This document shows positions 47,341-60,649 of a stretch of DNA of 64,000 nucleotides, in pieces. Source of the DNA: Callorhinchus milii (taxonomy: Eukaryota). Numbering within the stretch: the stretch's first letter is position 1; each line of letters opens with the position of its first letter. The position numbers were made by a program, and so were the translations under genes. The DNA lies in contig NW_024704856.1 of the NCBI RefSeq assembly GCF_018977255.1, positions 62,001 through 126,000 on the forward strand, read 5' to 3'. The notes below the pieces were generated by a model. That model ran no database searches, was not told the origin of the DNA, and saw only the letters and a program-made list of their open reading frames with translations.

Positions 47341-50300
47341 TTACTTAAATAGTTTAAATATGTGTTTAAACGGATAGATCACTAGATATTTCACATCCTC
47401 TCTGAACTTAGATTGTGTTGAAGCGTAAATGACGGTGTTTGTGCAGCAACTCAAAACTTTAAGAATGTCTGTCACTTGTTCGACAACATACACTGGGTCT
47501 CTGTAACTTAGATAGTAATAACTGTTTAACGTTCGCATTAATATGAAATGTAAAACTTCCATCAGCCACAACAGGATGAAGCTGCCTGATATGGCGAAGA
47601 GTAAGATGATGGATCTTCTTCGGTTCTCCATCTCTGCATCATTGCCGCTATTACTTTTCTGTTGCAGGAGGTTACTGCGGATTCTGTTGGCAGCTAAAAT
47701 GTGTCTGACTGTCACCACGTTCATCAGCAAAATCAGAAAGAATGGAACAAACGGTGTTATTATTGTGACAAACCAGTGAAATACAATGCATATGGGAGAG
47801 GCGTAGTAAACAGCTTTGAACTTGCAATACCAAGGCACGTTGTTCAGTATCTCTCTGTGCTCAAACATAAAGTACCAGGGAATGCTGATGAAACAGCTCA
47901 AAGAGGAAATCACTCCTACAATCACGGCTGATGTTCTCTCGGTGCAATAACTTGTTTTCAGTTTCACCCAACAGATGGCGACCAGGCGATCAAAGGTGAA
48001 AGCCACTGTGAACCAGACAGACATGTGTTTCACCGCCGACATCAGCACCAATCTGAGTGAACACACGGGAGTGATGTCCAGAAATGTGTGATTGAAATAC
48101 AGAGTATGTATCTGGTTCAAAACCACATCGTTGATGGCGAACAGGAGATCGGCCACTGCCATGGCCACCATGTAGAGGGTGATACATTTTGAGAGCCCAC
48201 ACTTTGCTCGGGACAGTACCACAATGGCCAACAGATTCGCTGTGAGAAAACGGAACAGCAGATAAACATATTTACCTGTGCGCTGCGTACATATTTACCC
48301 CAGGCGCGGACACCAGCAGCATCCAAGGCTGCACTCTCCACCTCGCAAAGCCAGTCAGGAACCTCGGCGTTTTGTTCGACCCTGAGCTGTCCTTTCTCCC
48401 TCACATCCGCACCACAACTGGCACCGCCTTCCATCACCTCCGGAACATCGCCAGACTACGGCATTACCTCACCCCTCACGCTGCTGAAACTCTGGTCCAC
48501 GCCTTTGTCACCTCAAGGCTGGACTATGGGAACTGTCTCCTCGCCGGCCTTCCCGCCACCTCCCTCCACAAGCTGCAGGTCATTCAGAACTCTGCAGCTC
48601 GTGTACTGTCCCGCACCAGGCTTCGGGACCACATCACTCCCACCCTCGCTCGCCTCCACTGGCTCCCCATCCCCCAGAGGATTGATTTCAAGATCCTCAT
48701 CCTCACCTACAAGGCCATTCACGGCCTTGCTCCCTCCTACCTCTCCGAACTACTATCCCCCTACCTACCTGCCCGTACCCTCCGTTCCTCTGGCTCTGGT
48801 CTGCTCCACGTCCCCCGCCCCAATCGCCCTACCATCGGTGGTCGGGCCTTCAGCCTCTCAGCCCCCAGGCTCTGGAACTCTATCCCCCAGTGCCTTCGCC
48901 TTGCTTCCTCCCTTTCCTCCTTCAAGGCCGGTCTCAAAACCTTTCTCTTTGACCGAGCCTTCAGCTCCCCTCTCGACTCTCTTCCCCCTCCTCGCTCCCT
49001 CCCTTCCCTCCCATTACCCTGACCATTTCCCCCCTGCTCGGGTCATGACCCAACTGTGCAGCGCCTTGGGATGTCCTCCTGACGTGAAAGGCGCTTTATA
49101 AATGGAATCTTGTTGTTGTTGTTGTTGTTGTAAGTTGATGGTATTTTGCTCAAAGTTCCTTCACGCAGCAGTTTCCCATCAATACTCATGGATCATGAGT
49201 ATTGATGGGTACATAAAAAAAAATTCAAGGCATTAGTGAGCAATATTGAAATGATTCAACACAGGTATCTCGAATGCCAGGCGACTTCGGTAACCACTGA
49301 GCTGCAGCTATTATTTAACCAATGAAGTACAGACGAAAATAACCGGTAATATGTAAGAAGTTCTACCTAATTCCCCGTTAGTCGCCTTTTCTGTGGGTCA
49401 TGAAAGGTCCCCTGTGACACAACCAGAAAATCTAATGAACTATCTCCAAATTTCCTGGCCATGTATACACCAAATAAAGTTTGTATCCTCAAATATTTAT
49501 TGCGCTTCTCTCGTTACAATCATGTTACTTTCTGATAGGATAATGTCAAGTATATGCATTGCGTATAATCTGAAAGATGTGGACTTCATTTAATGTCAAT
49601 GTGTGGAGCTGCAGGTGAGAACATAAAGCCGAAAATTCGCTTCCACTCATTGAAGATAACGCTAAAAATTCCACTCTATTAATATGAAAATGTTCGTCTC
49701 ACGCACAGCACAATTCGCAATAACGTCAAAATAAATCAAGGGCACAACCGTGCTATTTATGGTCAGACAACGAAAATTTCGAGATGCTCAAATATTTTTC
49801 TCACTTGTCACCCCAACCCCCTCCATGCACAACATCCAGCTCGTTCAAAACAATTCCAACCATGTCCACTCTCACAAAATCTCCGCAAACCCTTCACTCC
49901 AGTCCTCGACACGATTCCCTGCATCCTTTCCAGAAAACACATTGATATAAAGATATTCAAAATACTTGCAAACCATTCCTTGCACTGACATACCTCTGTC
50001 TCTCAACCTACTGACAGAATTGGCTCGCTCATCTATTCAATCCTTCCTCACCACCAGACATTCTTACAGCCAATGTGTCCTGAAACACTGGAGTCTCAAT
50101 GTCCCCAACTCACTCTTTGAGCGACCGTCAGATCAGACCGAAAGATATTCTTTTAGGACTGTACCTAGGGTCACCATTGTAACACGCGTAGTAACGGGCA
50201 GACCCTCAAAGAAGAAGGGACAAATTATAAGTCTCACAGCGAGAGTGGAGAGGGTTCAGCAAACGACAATATCTTATCTTTATAGAGACATCAAAAAATA

Positions 50301-50508
50301 CATCAGCGGAACAGAAGACACATCTGGAGAAGTAGAAGGAGATGTGTGTGCCATGTGCAAACTTGTGGTACATCGGGATACAAGTAAAAATTTTATCTAA
50401 CTAATTACCTGCAATACCAATTGCTGCAAGAATAGGATAATAAATTATCATTATCCGAAAAAGTGTTGGCAGATACTGCCACGGAAAGAAGGCTATGGCC
50501 TTCAACAT
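47341..50508 (-). CDS. GPCR2: GPR139-like class A 7TM receptor, 332 aa
   Basis: Exon 1 50508-50409 (100 nt, MLKAIAFFPWQYLPTLFRIMIIYYPILAAIGIA), exon 2 48239-47341 (899 nt); 999 nt in frame; close paralog of GPCR1. Confidence 0.9.
48300..49130 (+). mobile_element. Young L2 LINE 3' fragment (RT C-terminal region) in the GPCR2 intron
   Basis: Open 216-aa frame: LVHAFVTSRLDYGN.LLAGLP..LQVIQNSAARV..LHWLP..FKAGLKTFLF; (TTG)n tail. Confidence 0.93.
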
Positions 50509-53500
50509 TGTGTATCACCAGCGGATAGGCTGTCAGTGCTGGACACTCAAAACTGCCAGACTTTATATCCCAGAACTGTCTCCACTGGGAGTAAGATATT
50601 TGCACAAATGATTGTGAAATACCAATGTTCCTCTGCTGCCACGAACTGCTGACTGGATTCCTTGGGGGAGGTTGGCATGATCTCATGGGGCCTGAGCCAG
50701 CGTTAAGGTGACGTGTTGAACTACAGAGAGCTGGAATGAAAGCTGACACGTGAAGTGGTCAGGGTGAGCCTGTGTCTGAGTCAGACCAGTTACATGTTGA
50801 GTAAATGACTGTGGTTGTGGGTTCTGATCAGAGAGCATGAATGCTGGCTGAGGTCAATGTTATAAGACGGGTTTCGTTACTAGGCCCGTGGGTTGGATAT
50901 AAAGAAAGCGTTGGTCTTGTCCTGGCACAATATCCACCAAAAAGAATTGTTCTTACACAGTGAGAGTGAAACCAATATTGTCCTAAACTAAGACAGTGGG
51001 TGAATCTGTTGTGCAATCTCACTCTGTGCCAAATCACGTAATGTTATTTCATAAAAGAAAAATATGTGATCCATATTTCAAAGCATCAACACTCCCCACT
51101 TCAAGCTTCTGACTCCCTATGGTGCATTATCTCAAGATATACTATTCGCTAACGTTGTCTAACTACAATGGAAATTTGATATCTAGGGATCAAAAACAGC
51201 CGTTGTCCCAATACACATCACGAGGGGACAGCACTGCAGAATTCCCTCGACAGAGAAAAACAACCTTTCACCACCACTCTCTGCTTTCGTTATCCGAGAC
51301 AATTCTTTTTCCATGCTGCCACCGTCGCTTTAAAATCGTGGGCTTCTGTTCTGTTACAAGTGTCTTATATAGCACTTTACTGCAAGCCTTTTGCTATTCC
51401 ATGTAAAGTGCACGATCTGTATAAGCTTCCTCCACCCTCTTCGTTACTTCATAGATAAGCTATCCGCTTTGTTAGAACGTGATGGCTCTTCTTTATTACT
51501 GCTATCTATTGATTCTTGATCCACACTCCCAGAGAACTGAGCAATAAAGCTGAATGAATTTTGATTGACTGTTTGTTTGATTGATGCATATTCTTATAAC
51601 CCCACTTTCAATAACTGATACTCTGTCACGAGTGGAGGCCACTGTATAAGTTTAATTTGCTGTTGATTTTAGAACATCTGATAAAGATCCATATATATAT
51701 ATTACAAATTGAAATAAGACAGTTTCTGTAATTGAATGCTCATTCTCTCCCTGCAGACTCACAATCCTTTTAATTAATACCGGAGAGAAAAGGCACAGAT
51801 TTGCTAGAAGAAATGCTTTGGGTCCCCAGAGTAGTAGCTCAGGTGCATCTTAGATTCTGTCCGAGTTTAACAAGATCAAAGTGAATCATTTGTCACAGAA
51901 AAATATATTCCATAGAATTTCAAAATTATTTCAACACAGTATTTTGTCAGCTTTTGGGATATTGCTGTGCAACTGCACAGACGTGTTTCCTTACAGATGC
52001 AAAACGACATCATGTGAAGCATTCGGATATTCTTTTGACGTGAAAAAACAAAGTGCCTTTGACCAGTAGATACGCTTCACGAGAAAAAAAGTTGCATCAA
52101 GTTCGTCCAACTCTCTGGCGGTGAAGTGCACATATGCCCCGAACAATCTATGTACTATATTTCCTTTTGTTATATTCCGAATAAAATCTCTCTAGTGTGT
52201 GCTTGAAAGAATCAACACTTGCTGCTGCAATCATCTCCCATGGGAGTCTGTTCCCGGTGTTCACTCATCGCTCACTGAAATAATATTTTCGGAGAATCAT
52301 ACTGAATTTACCCCCTTCATTTGCTGGCCGTGTCCTCGGGTTTTGCTATTCTGGACAAGTTGAGACAGCCTGTAATGATCTGTGTTATATGGCCATGTTA
52401 GAATCTTAAGGACAGCAATCACGTTGCCTTTCCATGTCCTTCTTCCAGTGTGAACATATTTACTTAGTCCCTTCTCTCAGTCCAGTTCCTCTGTTCCCAA
52501 AATCATAATTCGCCCTATTCTGTATCTAACAGTTCATCAGCACATCCGACGTAGCGATATACATTCTGACTATATTTACTCTCCTATCATGTACCCAGTT
52601 TCACATAATATATATAGGTTAGGTGATGCGACAAGGACAGGCATCTGGACGCTTGCCAGCCAGTTCTCTCAGTGACAGGCTTTGAAGCTGTTACTGGTGA
52701 ATCTGCAGCCGAGCTCAATCACACCATTTGTTTTGTCTGCTCTGGACTGATCAGACAGATGACCACCATATATAAGGCAACACACCATCAGATATTTATT
52801 AACTGGCCCTCTTCACTGACAACATTCTTGTTCATCTCCTTTGCATCCATTGCAATACCTTATAATCTTTCCTAATACGAGAAATCTGAACACAGCGCTG
52901 CAGTTGCAATGTAACCAATGATATGCACAAATATGCCATTGACAGCTGAATTATGCTTTCTACGATTCTACCTATAGAACCAAGAATACTGTCAGCTTTC
53001 CACAGATATTTCGTCATCCAACAATCTGAAGGATATGCTGCTTGTCACTTCCAGTTACAGAGATAAAGCCACCTCTAATGTGCCTTTGCTCCTCTGCTAC
53101 TCGCAAGATACTGCCAGTCAATATGTGTAACCTTCCCTCGTCCTTTCTGCCCAAATGGTAATCCTACATTTTGTTTGATTAAACTTCAGCTTTCACCGAT
53201 CGGCTCGGTCCGCTAATATATTGAATTCCTTCTGCTTCTACACGGTGATATGACATTTAATGTTCACCTTAATATTGTGAGATAGACATCTTCGAGTTCC
53301 GCCTGTTATGTCAAATGAAACTGAGCCATAATATAGTGACTAAATACAGTAGAGTGATTTTATGTGAACATAGTTTTTGCCACTGTTTGCAGCTGTTAAA
53401 AGTTTAACAAAGCACTAATTTTATGAAAGCGAATCACAAAATTTATGATCAGAAGTCTGCACTGTATTTATGCTACAAATTATATAACACGAAAGGAATT

Positions 53501-53639
53501 AAACTGTAGAATTTTTTTAAAAAGTCGTTGATTTATGAATATGGAAGCGTCGTGATCGAAATTTCCCATCTCAAGTCAAGTTTTTCATTTAGGATCAGTT
53601 CAGTTGGTGCTCGGGACTGGATTTTGTCATTCGGAGAAT

Positions 53640-54340
53640 CATAGGATCACAGCATTATACAGAGCAGAAGGAGGCCATTCAGACCACACTGTCTTTGCCG
53701 GCTATCTGAAAGCGACTATCCAAGTCAACTCTACTCACCTGCACTCTCCCAATAGTTCAGGAGAGTTTCCCTCCCCCCCCCCCCCCCACCCCCCCACCCC
53801 CACCTCGCCCCACCCTCACCCTCACATAATTAGTTTGGATTGAATCGGTTTCCAAAACCCGTTCACGCAATGCATTTCAGATGGAAGCAACTTGCTGCTT
53901 GGAAATAATTTTCATCTTCTCCCATCTGTTTCTTTCAGCAACTATTTTAAGTTGTGCCCTTTCGTTACCGACCGACAAGCCAGTGGCAAAATTTTCTCCT
54001 TATTTACTCTGTTTCAGCCCCTCAAAATTGGGAATACTTCTATTAACTCAACACTTAAACTTCTTTGCTCCAGGGAGATTAATGCTTCCATGGCCTCTCC
54101 TGATAACTGAAGTTGCTATATCCTGGTACCATCCTGGTCAATCTCATTTGCATCCTGTGCAATGCCTTGACATCCTTCCTGATGTTTGGAGCCGTGATCC
54201 GAAAACAGTACAATAGCTGAGGCTCAACCAATGATTTATATCAGTACGTCATATATTCCTGACGTTTGTATAATATGCCTCTGTTGATCAAGCTTGGAAT
54301 CTAGTCCGCTTTTTTTGAAAGAGTTTTCTACCTGTCCTAC
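53640..54340 (-). mobile_element. CR1-like LINE 3' relic
   Basis: gcagaaggaggccattc..., atcctggtaccatcctggtcaatct, gccttgacatccttcct motifs. Confidence 0.5.
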
Positions 54341-54649
54341 CACCTTCAGACAGGCCCTGCTTTCTTTATCATATCCTGATCGCTGTATAACAGGCCTCGT
54401 ATAAATATAACAGTCTGATCTGTCATCAAGTCATGCATATTGTGACCGTTGGTGACGAGTGTAGTGAGGGAGAGAGATCGAAAATTGGTAGCACCACAAA
54501 GACACACAGAGAGAGGCAGAGAGAGAAACAGAGAGTGGGAATTATTTTTCAAAGTGAAGAATTTTTTTCAAAACGCCCAGTTTTTATTATTAATATTATT
54601 TATTATTTATTGATTATTATTCACTTACTANTTTTTAATGTCTCTTATT

Positions 54650-54875
54650 CAAAATCACTAAAAAGCCTAACAATAATCCCTGNAAAAAAAATCATAAAAT
54701 TGTTAATTTGAACCGACGACTGTTTGTGGGGACGCTGCAGTGCGCAATTGGCTGTCGCGTTTCACCACAAATATTCAGTCACTACACCTTATCGTCTATT
54801 CTGTGAAGCGCATCGAGACGTCGAGAAGCTGTGATAAGGCACTGTATCCAATGCAAAGTTTTATTGTTATTATTT
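54650..54875 (+). mobile_element. 5'-truncated SINE (paralog of 13040-13265)
   Basis: Same position in the duplicated block. Confidence 0.7.
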
Positions 54876-54879
54876 TTGA

Positions 54880-55230
54880 AGAGAGAGGACATGGCGACCA
54901 CTGGTCAGTCACAGTCACTCTCTGTCCCTCTCTGTGCCGTCACAATCACAGCCACAGCCTGCGGCACAGACCCGGAAACTACAGCTCCCGGCATGCCTCA
55001 CGGCTCAGGCCCTCTGGTGACGGGTTCGGGCCGCGCGGCGCATCCTGGGAGCTGTAGGCAGTGTGAGAGACAGAGACACAGAGAAAGACACATGTCCACA
55101 CAGTCTCTGTCTCTGTGTCTCTGTGTCTGTCTCTCTCTCTGACTGAGTTGGGGAAAGCGGGGAATGTACTGACTCTCTGATGTTGATCTGCAGTGTTTGT
55201 GCTGGTGTCAGAGGAGGTTAGATTCAGGGG
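54880..55230. promoter_or_regulatory. Second copy of the ZNF143-CTCF-ZNF143-like module
   Basis: ACTACAGCTCCCGGCATGC at 54978-54996; reverse copy at 55040-55058; colinear with 13270-13620. Confidence 0.65.
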
Positions 55231-55449
55231 CATCTCACACACACACACTGTCTATCTCTGTTTATGACACACACACTGTCCCTCTCTGTCTCACACACAT
55301 AGTCTCTCTGCCTCTCGCACTCAGTGTCTCTATCTCAAACACATATATTCTCTCTGTCTCTCACACACACAGTCTCTCTGACTCTCACACGCACAGTCCC
55401 TCTCCATCTCTCGCATACAGAGTATTTGTCTGTCTCTCACAAAGAGCCA

Positions 55450-56140
55450 ACAACAACAACGATAACCATTTGGATTTAGAGAGAGCCCCCCCAGGCCAGA
55501 CGGCGTTTCGGAGGGCATCACAGTAACGGATCCCGGGGTCGAGCCAGTGGGAGGGGGAGGAAGGTGACCAAAGTCACGGTCGAAAAGAAAGATCTTCAGC
55601 CGAGATTTGAAAATAGTATGAGAGGGGGCAAGACGGAGGGAGAGAGGAAGGGAGGTCCAGAGCCTCGGGGAGCAGTGGCTGAAGGAACGGCTGCCGATGG
55701 TGGAGCGGAGAAATTGGGGGACAATGAGGAGGCCATAACCGATGGCGCGATGGCAACTTGTACTGCTTTGCGGAGAGAGGGCAGAGAAGTCGGGTGGTGT
55801 AGAGGAGAGGAGGGATTTGAAAACAAGATTGAGGGTCTTGAAGTCGATCCACTGTGGGACAGGGAGCCAGTGCAGTCTGCCACGGACTGGGGTAATCGGA
55901 GAGCGGAGTTTGTTGCGGGTACAAATACTGGCGACAGATTATTGTACGCACTGTGTTTTACGGATGGCCGTGGGGGGAGGCCGGCGAGGAGGGCGTTGGA
56001 ATAGTGCAGCCGAGAATTGACAACGGCATAGACCAGAGTTTCTTCGTCTTTTGAGTGAGGTATTGGCGGAGACGGGCGATGCGTCGGAGGTGGAAGAAAG
56101 CTGTGTTGCTGATGGGGAGCGGATGCTGGGGAGGAAGGAT
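55450..56140 (-). mobile_element. Older L2 LINE 3' fragment (continues at about 56450-56650 past a SINE)
   Basis: AFFHLRRIARLR..ETLVYAVVNSRLHYSNALLAGLP; WIYANFLQLNVDMTE. Confidence 0.8.
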
Positions 56141-56142
56141 AA

Positions 56143-56445
56143 TTAATAGTAATAATACTTCCATTTGATATAGCGCTTTTCTCGTCGAGAGGACGTCCCA
56201 AAGCGCTTCACAGAACACACTGTAAAGTGAATTGACTGTATATTTGTGGGCGAACGCGGCAGCCAATTGCGCACATCAATGTCCCACAAACAGTCGTAGA
56301 TTGAAAATGACCAATTTATTATTGTTTTTGGGGGGATTATTTTTATGTGAGTGGAGAAAGGAAACTTGCCCAAGGTTTCGCCCTGCCTGGAATTGAACTC
56401 AGGTCTCTCGCTTGCAAAACCAGTGCTCTAACCACTGAGCTACAG
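56143..56445 (-). mobile_element. SINE copy inserted in L2
   Basis: Reverse-complement full SINE. Confidence 0.88.
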
Positions 56446-57144
56446 GGCTGCATTTGGGCGTCGAATCTGTCGCATGGGTTGCGTATAGGTTGGGAGAGAT
56501 TTAGGGGAACGTCAGGTAAACGGAGGAGGTGAGAACTGTGCCATTTTAGACGCTGTCGAGAGCCAAATAGTGTGGCTTCCGTCATGTCAACGTTCAGCTG
56601 AAGGAAATTCGCGTAAATCCAGCTCCTGAGGTCTGACACAACGAGGGACCACGAGGGATATGGAGAAGGTTGGAACCAGTTGAGGGGATGGAGCGCGTTT
56701 TTTGGTCAGTGGTGTAAACAGGTCAGAAAGGAAGGGAGTTGAAGCAATTTGGAAAATAGCTTGAGGATTTTGAAATCGACCCGTTCGCAGACGGGGATTC
56801 AGTAAACCGTGGCTAGAAATTGCGTGAAGGGGTTATAGAATATATTACAGCGTGGTATTGGATGAGTTGGATCCTCTGACTGGTGGAACTGGGGAAATCG
56901 GCAAAGACTGTATTTGAGAAGTCCTGTCAGGCGGTGAAGAATGCATTGTCCAGTGGTCAACAAGAGTGATTCAGGATATGGAGGGAAGTACAAAAACAGG
57001 AGGAATTCTTTGTGCCCCTCGAGCCTGTTGCATGTTCTATTCATCATTCCTGGTCTCCACCTCGAGTCCCATCAGCCACCCAACTCAATATCCCTTAATA
57101 CTCTCACCTAACAAATATCAATTCAACTCAGCCTTCAATATATT

Positions 57145-57475
57145 AGTAATAATAATCATAATCCTTGCATTTGATATATTGCGCTTCACGTCGGCAGGAT
57201 GTCCCAAAGCGCTTCACACAACATACTGTAAAGTGAATTGACTGTATATTTGTGGGCGAACGCGGCAGCCAATTGCGCACAGCATTATCCCACAAACAGT
57301 CGTAGATTGAACATGACCAACTTGTTATTGTTTTTGGTTTTGGAGGGATTATTATCACGCGTCTGTGTGAAGTAAGGAAACTTGCTCAAGGTTTTGCCGT
57401 GACCTGCCGGGGATTGAACTCAGGTCTCTTCGCTTGTAAAGCGAGTGCTCTAACCACTGAGATACAGGACTCCAC
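57145..57475 (-). mobile_element. SINE copy
   Basis: Reverse-complement full SINE. Confidence 0.88.
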
Positions 57476-57479
57476 GAAT

Positions 57480-59110
57480 ATGTCAACGGATTGGGGGCAT
57501 CGACAGCGTTTTTTGGCAGAACGTTCCAGATTTTCACGACATTTTTGGATCAAAATCGGCCTCTTGATTTCACCCTAAAATGGCCAAACTCTCATTTCAA
57601 GTGTGTGTCTCCCTGTCTTGGATTCCCCAACAAGAGGATATAGTGCGTCAGTACATACCCTAATCAATAAATTTATCGATCTCAAAACCTCAAGCAAATC
57701 GTCTCTCAACATTGTAAGCAGAAAGGATTAGAGAACAAGTTTTTGCGAACTGTCTGCATAATTTAGCCATTGCAGCCTTTTTGTCCTTCTGTTTAGTCTT
57801 CGATCTACCAACATATCCTTCCTGAGCTGCGATGCCCAAAACTGAACGCATTACTCCAGAGAGAAACTGACCAAGATTCTATATGTTTGAGGGATCATTT
57901 CTTCTTCTCTATATTCCAACCACCTTGAGATAAAGGCCCAGATCCCGTTTTACTTTTTTATAACCTCTTGCCAATGTACTCTTATTTTTAGTAAGTTCTG
58001 TACGTGGACATCCAACCACATTTGCTCTTCTGCAGTGCTAATATTGTCACCACTTAGTAAATAAACTGTTTTGTATTTTCGGACCTATAATGTATGACCT
58101 CGCACTTCCCAACATTGAATTGCACCTGCCACAGTGCTGCCCACTCCTTAAATCTAGCTAAATCCCTTTGCATCTTCCTGCACCCATCTACACAATTAAA
58201 TGTGGCTGCTAAACTTGTGTCATTTGCAAATTTGAATGCACATCTCTATGTTCCTTCTCACAAGTCAATTCTATATAAATAAAAATAAAAATCCTGTCAA
58301 ACAAATCAATAAATACTTAAAGTAATAAAAGAAATGAAAGAAATCAAAGAAATAAAATAAATAAAAAACATAAACAAATAAACAAATAAACAAACTAACT
58401 AATATCAACGAACTGAAAATGGAGAAAACAATGACACAAAGTTATTGTTTTGTACACGCTGCCTCCATATGAAGCACGTTCTGAGGGAATTTGGTACAGA
58501 GATTGATGAACATGACAAGAGTTGATTAAAAACCAGAATTAAATGAGGAGGCCCAGAACAGACACTTTCGGGAATCGCTTGTTGGGTCCTCCCAAACAGA
58601 GAAGTTTCCTTTATCACTTCTATCCGTTTCCTGCTCCCCATTCAATTACCAGCATATCGCAATTTACCTCCCATTCCATGCACATTATTTTTTTGCAAAT
58701 AACATTTTATGCGGAGCCTTATCAAAGGCTTCTTGGAAGCCCATGTAGAAACCATCCATCTCTCACCCACCATGTTAGTGGCCGCCTTAAACATGGCAAT
58801 TGGAACCGTCAGGCATTTCACACTATTCAGTAATCCATGCTGACTCCCTTTGATCAGCTCATATTTGAACAAGTACTCAATCCCTTCAACCCTGATGAGA
58901 GATTCCAGTAACTTTATCACGACTCAACTTAAGCTGACAAGCTTGTTGTCACCTGGTTTCCCTCTCTCTGCCTCCCACAAATCTTACGCGATGGAGTGAC
59001 ATTTGCAATTCGCCAATCCAATGGTACAGTTCCCGAATATAGAGAAGCGTTGGAAAATTATGACTAATGCATCTATCCCAATTTCCTGCACAACTTATTT
59101 TCGCACCTTG
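57480..59110 (-). mobile_element. CR1-like LINE relics
   Basis: cccaaaactgaacgcattactccag; gtgtcatttgcaaa (F-A-N/D-D-T motif on minus); LIKGSQHG. Confidence 0.55.
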
Positions 59111-59231
59111 GGTGGAACTTAACAGGACCGCCAAAACTTTCATTTTTTAGCCCATCATTTTATCCATTACCTTTTTAATTTATAGTAAAACTATCCACTT
59201 CCTCCATTTAAGTTACTTCTGGGTACCAGAG

Positions 59232-59540
59232 GAGTCTTGTAACTCTATGGTTAGAGCATTCTCCCGCAAGCGAGAAACCTGGGTTCAATTCCAGGCAGGG
59301 CGATAACTTTGGCAAGTTTCCTTACAAAAAACGTCTAATAATAATCCCTCCAACACAAAACAATAATAAATTGGTCAATTTCAATCCAAGACTCTTTGTG
59401 TTAGGCTGCTATGTGCAATTGGCTGCTGTGTTTCCCCCACAAATATATAGTCAATTGATTAAAGCGTATTCTCTGAAGCGCTTTGAGACATCTGGAAGAG
59501 GTGATGCTGGCCATATCAAAAGCAAACATTGCTATTATTA
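59232..59540 (+). mobile_element. Diverged SINE copy
   Basis: Head, body and tail recognisable. Confidence 0.8.
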
Positions 59541-60649
59541 TTTCATTTTTCCGCTGGTAATTTGGCCACTTAACCTTCTATGAAAACCGAAGTAAAGTAT
59601 TCATTTAAGAGGACTGTCATTTCATTATTTTCCAATATAATCGAACGCTTATCTGTCTCTATCCGGCTCACGTTTCCATGACTGACTCTCCTTTGTTTAA
59701 TATGAAAAGTTCCTTTTGCTCTTGTTTTCCCGTGTAGCTTTTTTCCTCATACTGCCTTTATGCATCTCTTACTACATTCAATGTAAGGTTTGTGGAGAGC
59801 CGTTTTGATAGCTGTGGAACATGACAGAAGAGATCTCATGAATTTTTTTCAAAATGTAGAAAAACTGCCAACGAACGCGCAATTTGTTATGTTGAAAGAT
59901 TATTGGATGCACTTAATATCAACTATGGGCCAGCGCTATAAACATCAGCATTATCAAATTCGAAATAGAGTTGTTCCAAATGCATTATTTCTCAATACTC
60001 CTTGCAAGTCAAGTTTTGAAGAAACTTGTGACAGAGAAGATGACAATCATGATGCCTCCTTCCTGTTGTCGATTGATAATTTCCGAAAGACAATATCCCA
60101 AACCACAGCCCATCAGCTGGGGCCTTGCTCCACTGCCTCCCCATAAACGAAAGGATCGACTATAGGATCTTCATAAACGTGATCAAATCCATTCACTCCC
60201 TGGCATCTCTCTATATCTGCGAACTCCACACTCCACAATCCACAACTTGGCTACTCGGCTCTACTGGTACAAGCTTCATGACGGACCCAAACACCTTCCG
60301 TCCCAGCATCAGAGTTCACATTTTCAGTCACTACGTCCATAGATCTGGAACATCCTCCCACATTTCGTGCCATGCCTGAAAAACTGGAACTCCATCCGTG
60401 CTTACGGTCACCACTGCACCGAATTCCACGTCTACAAATCAGGCATTGAGACGCCAACATGTGTGGAGGGCGAGGCATAAGTGTAAGTTGTTAATGTTGA
60501 TGTGTTCATGGACCTAACGATTCAGGTGGTTTTCATCCAACAGCCAAATAGGGCTCAGAAAGAGTTTGTGATTGCAGTCGGAAGAGGGGACGTGCAGTCC
60601 AGAATTCCCATGGAAAGGTGGCTTACAGAAACCTGTCCAACGTACTGAA

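Noticed and set aside
48372-49022. 216-aa ORF as a host gene
   Set aside because: L2 ORF2 C-terminus, 5'-truncated
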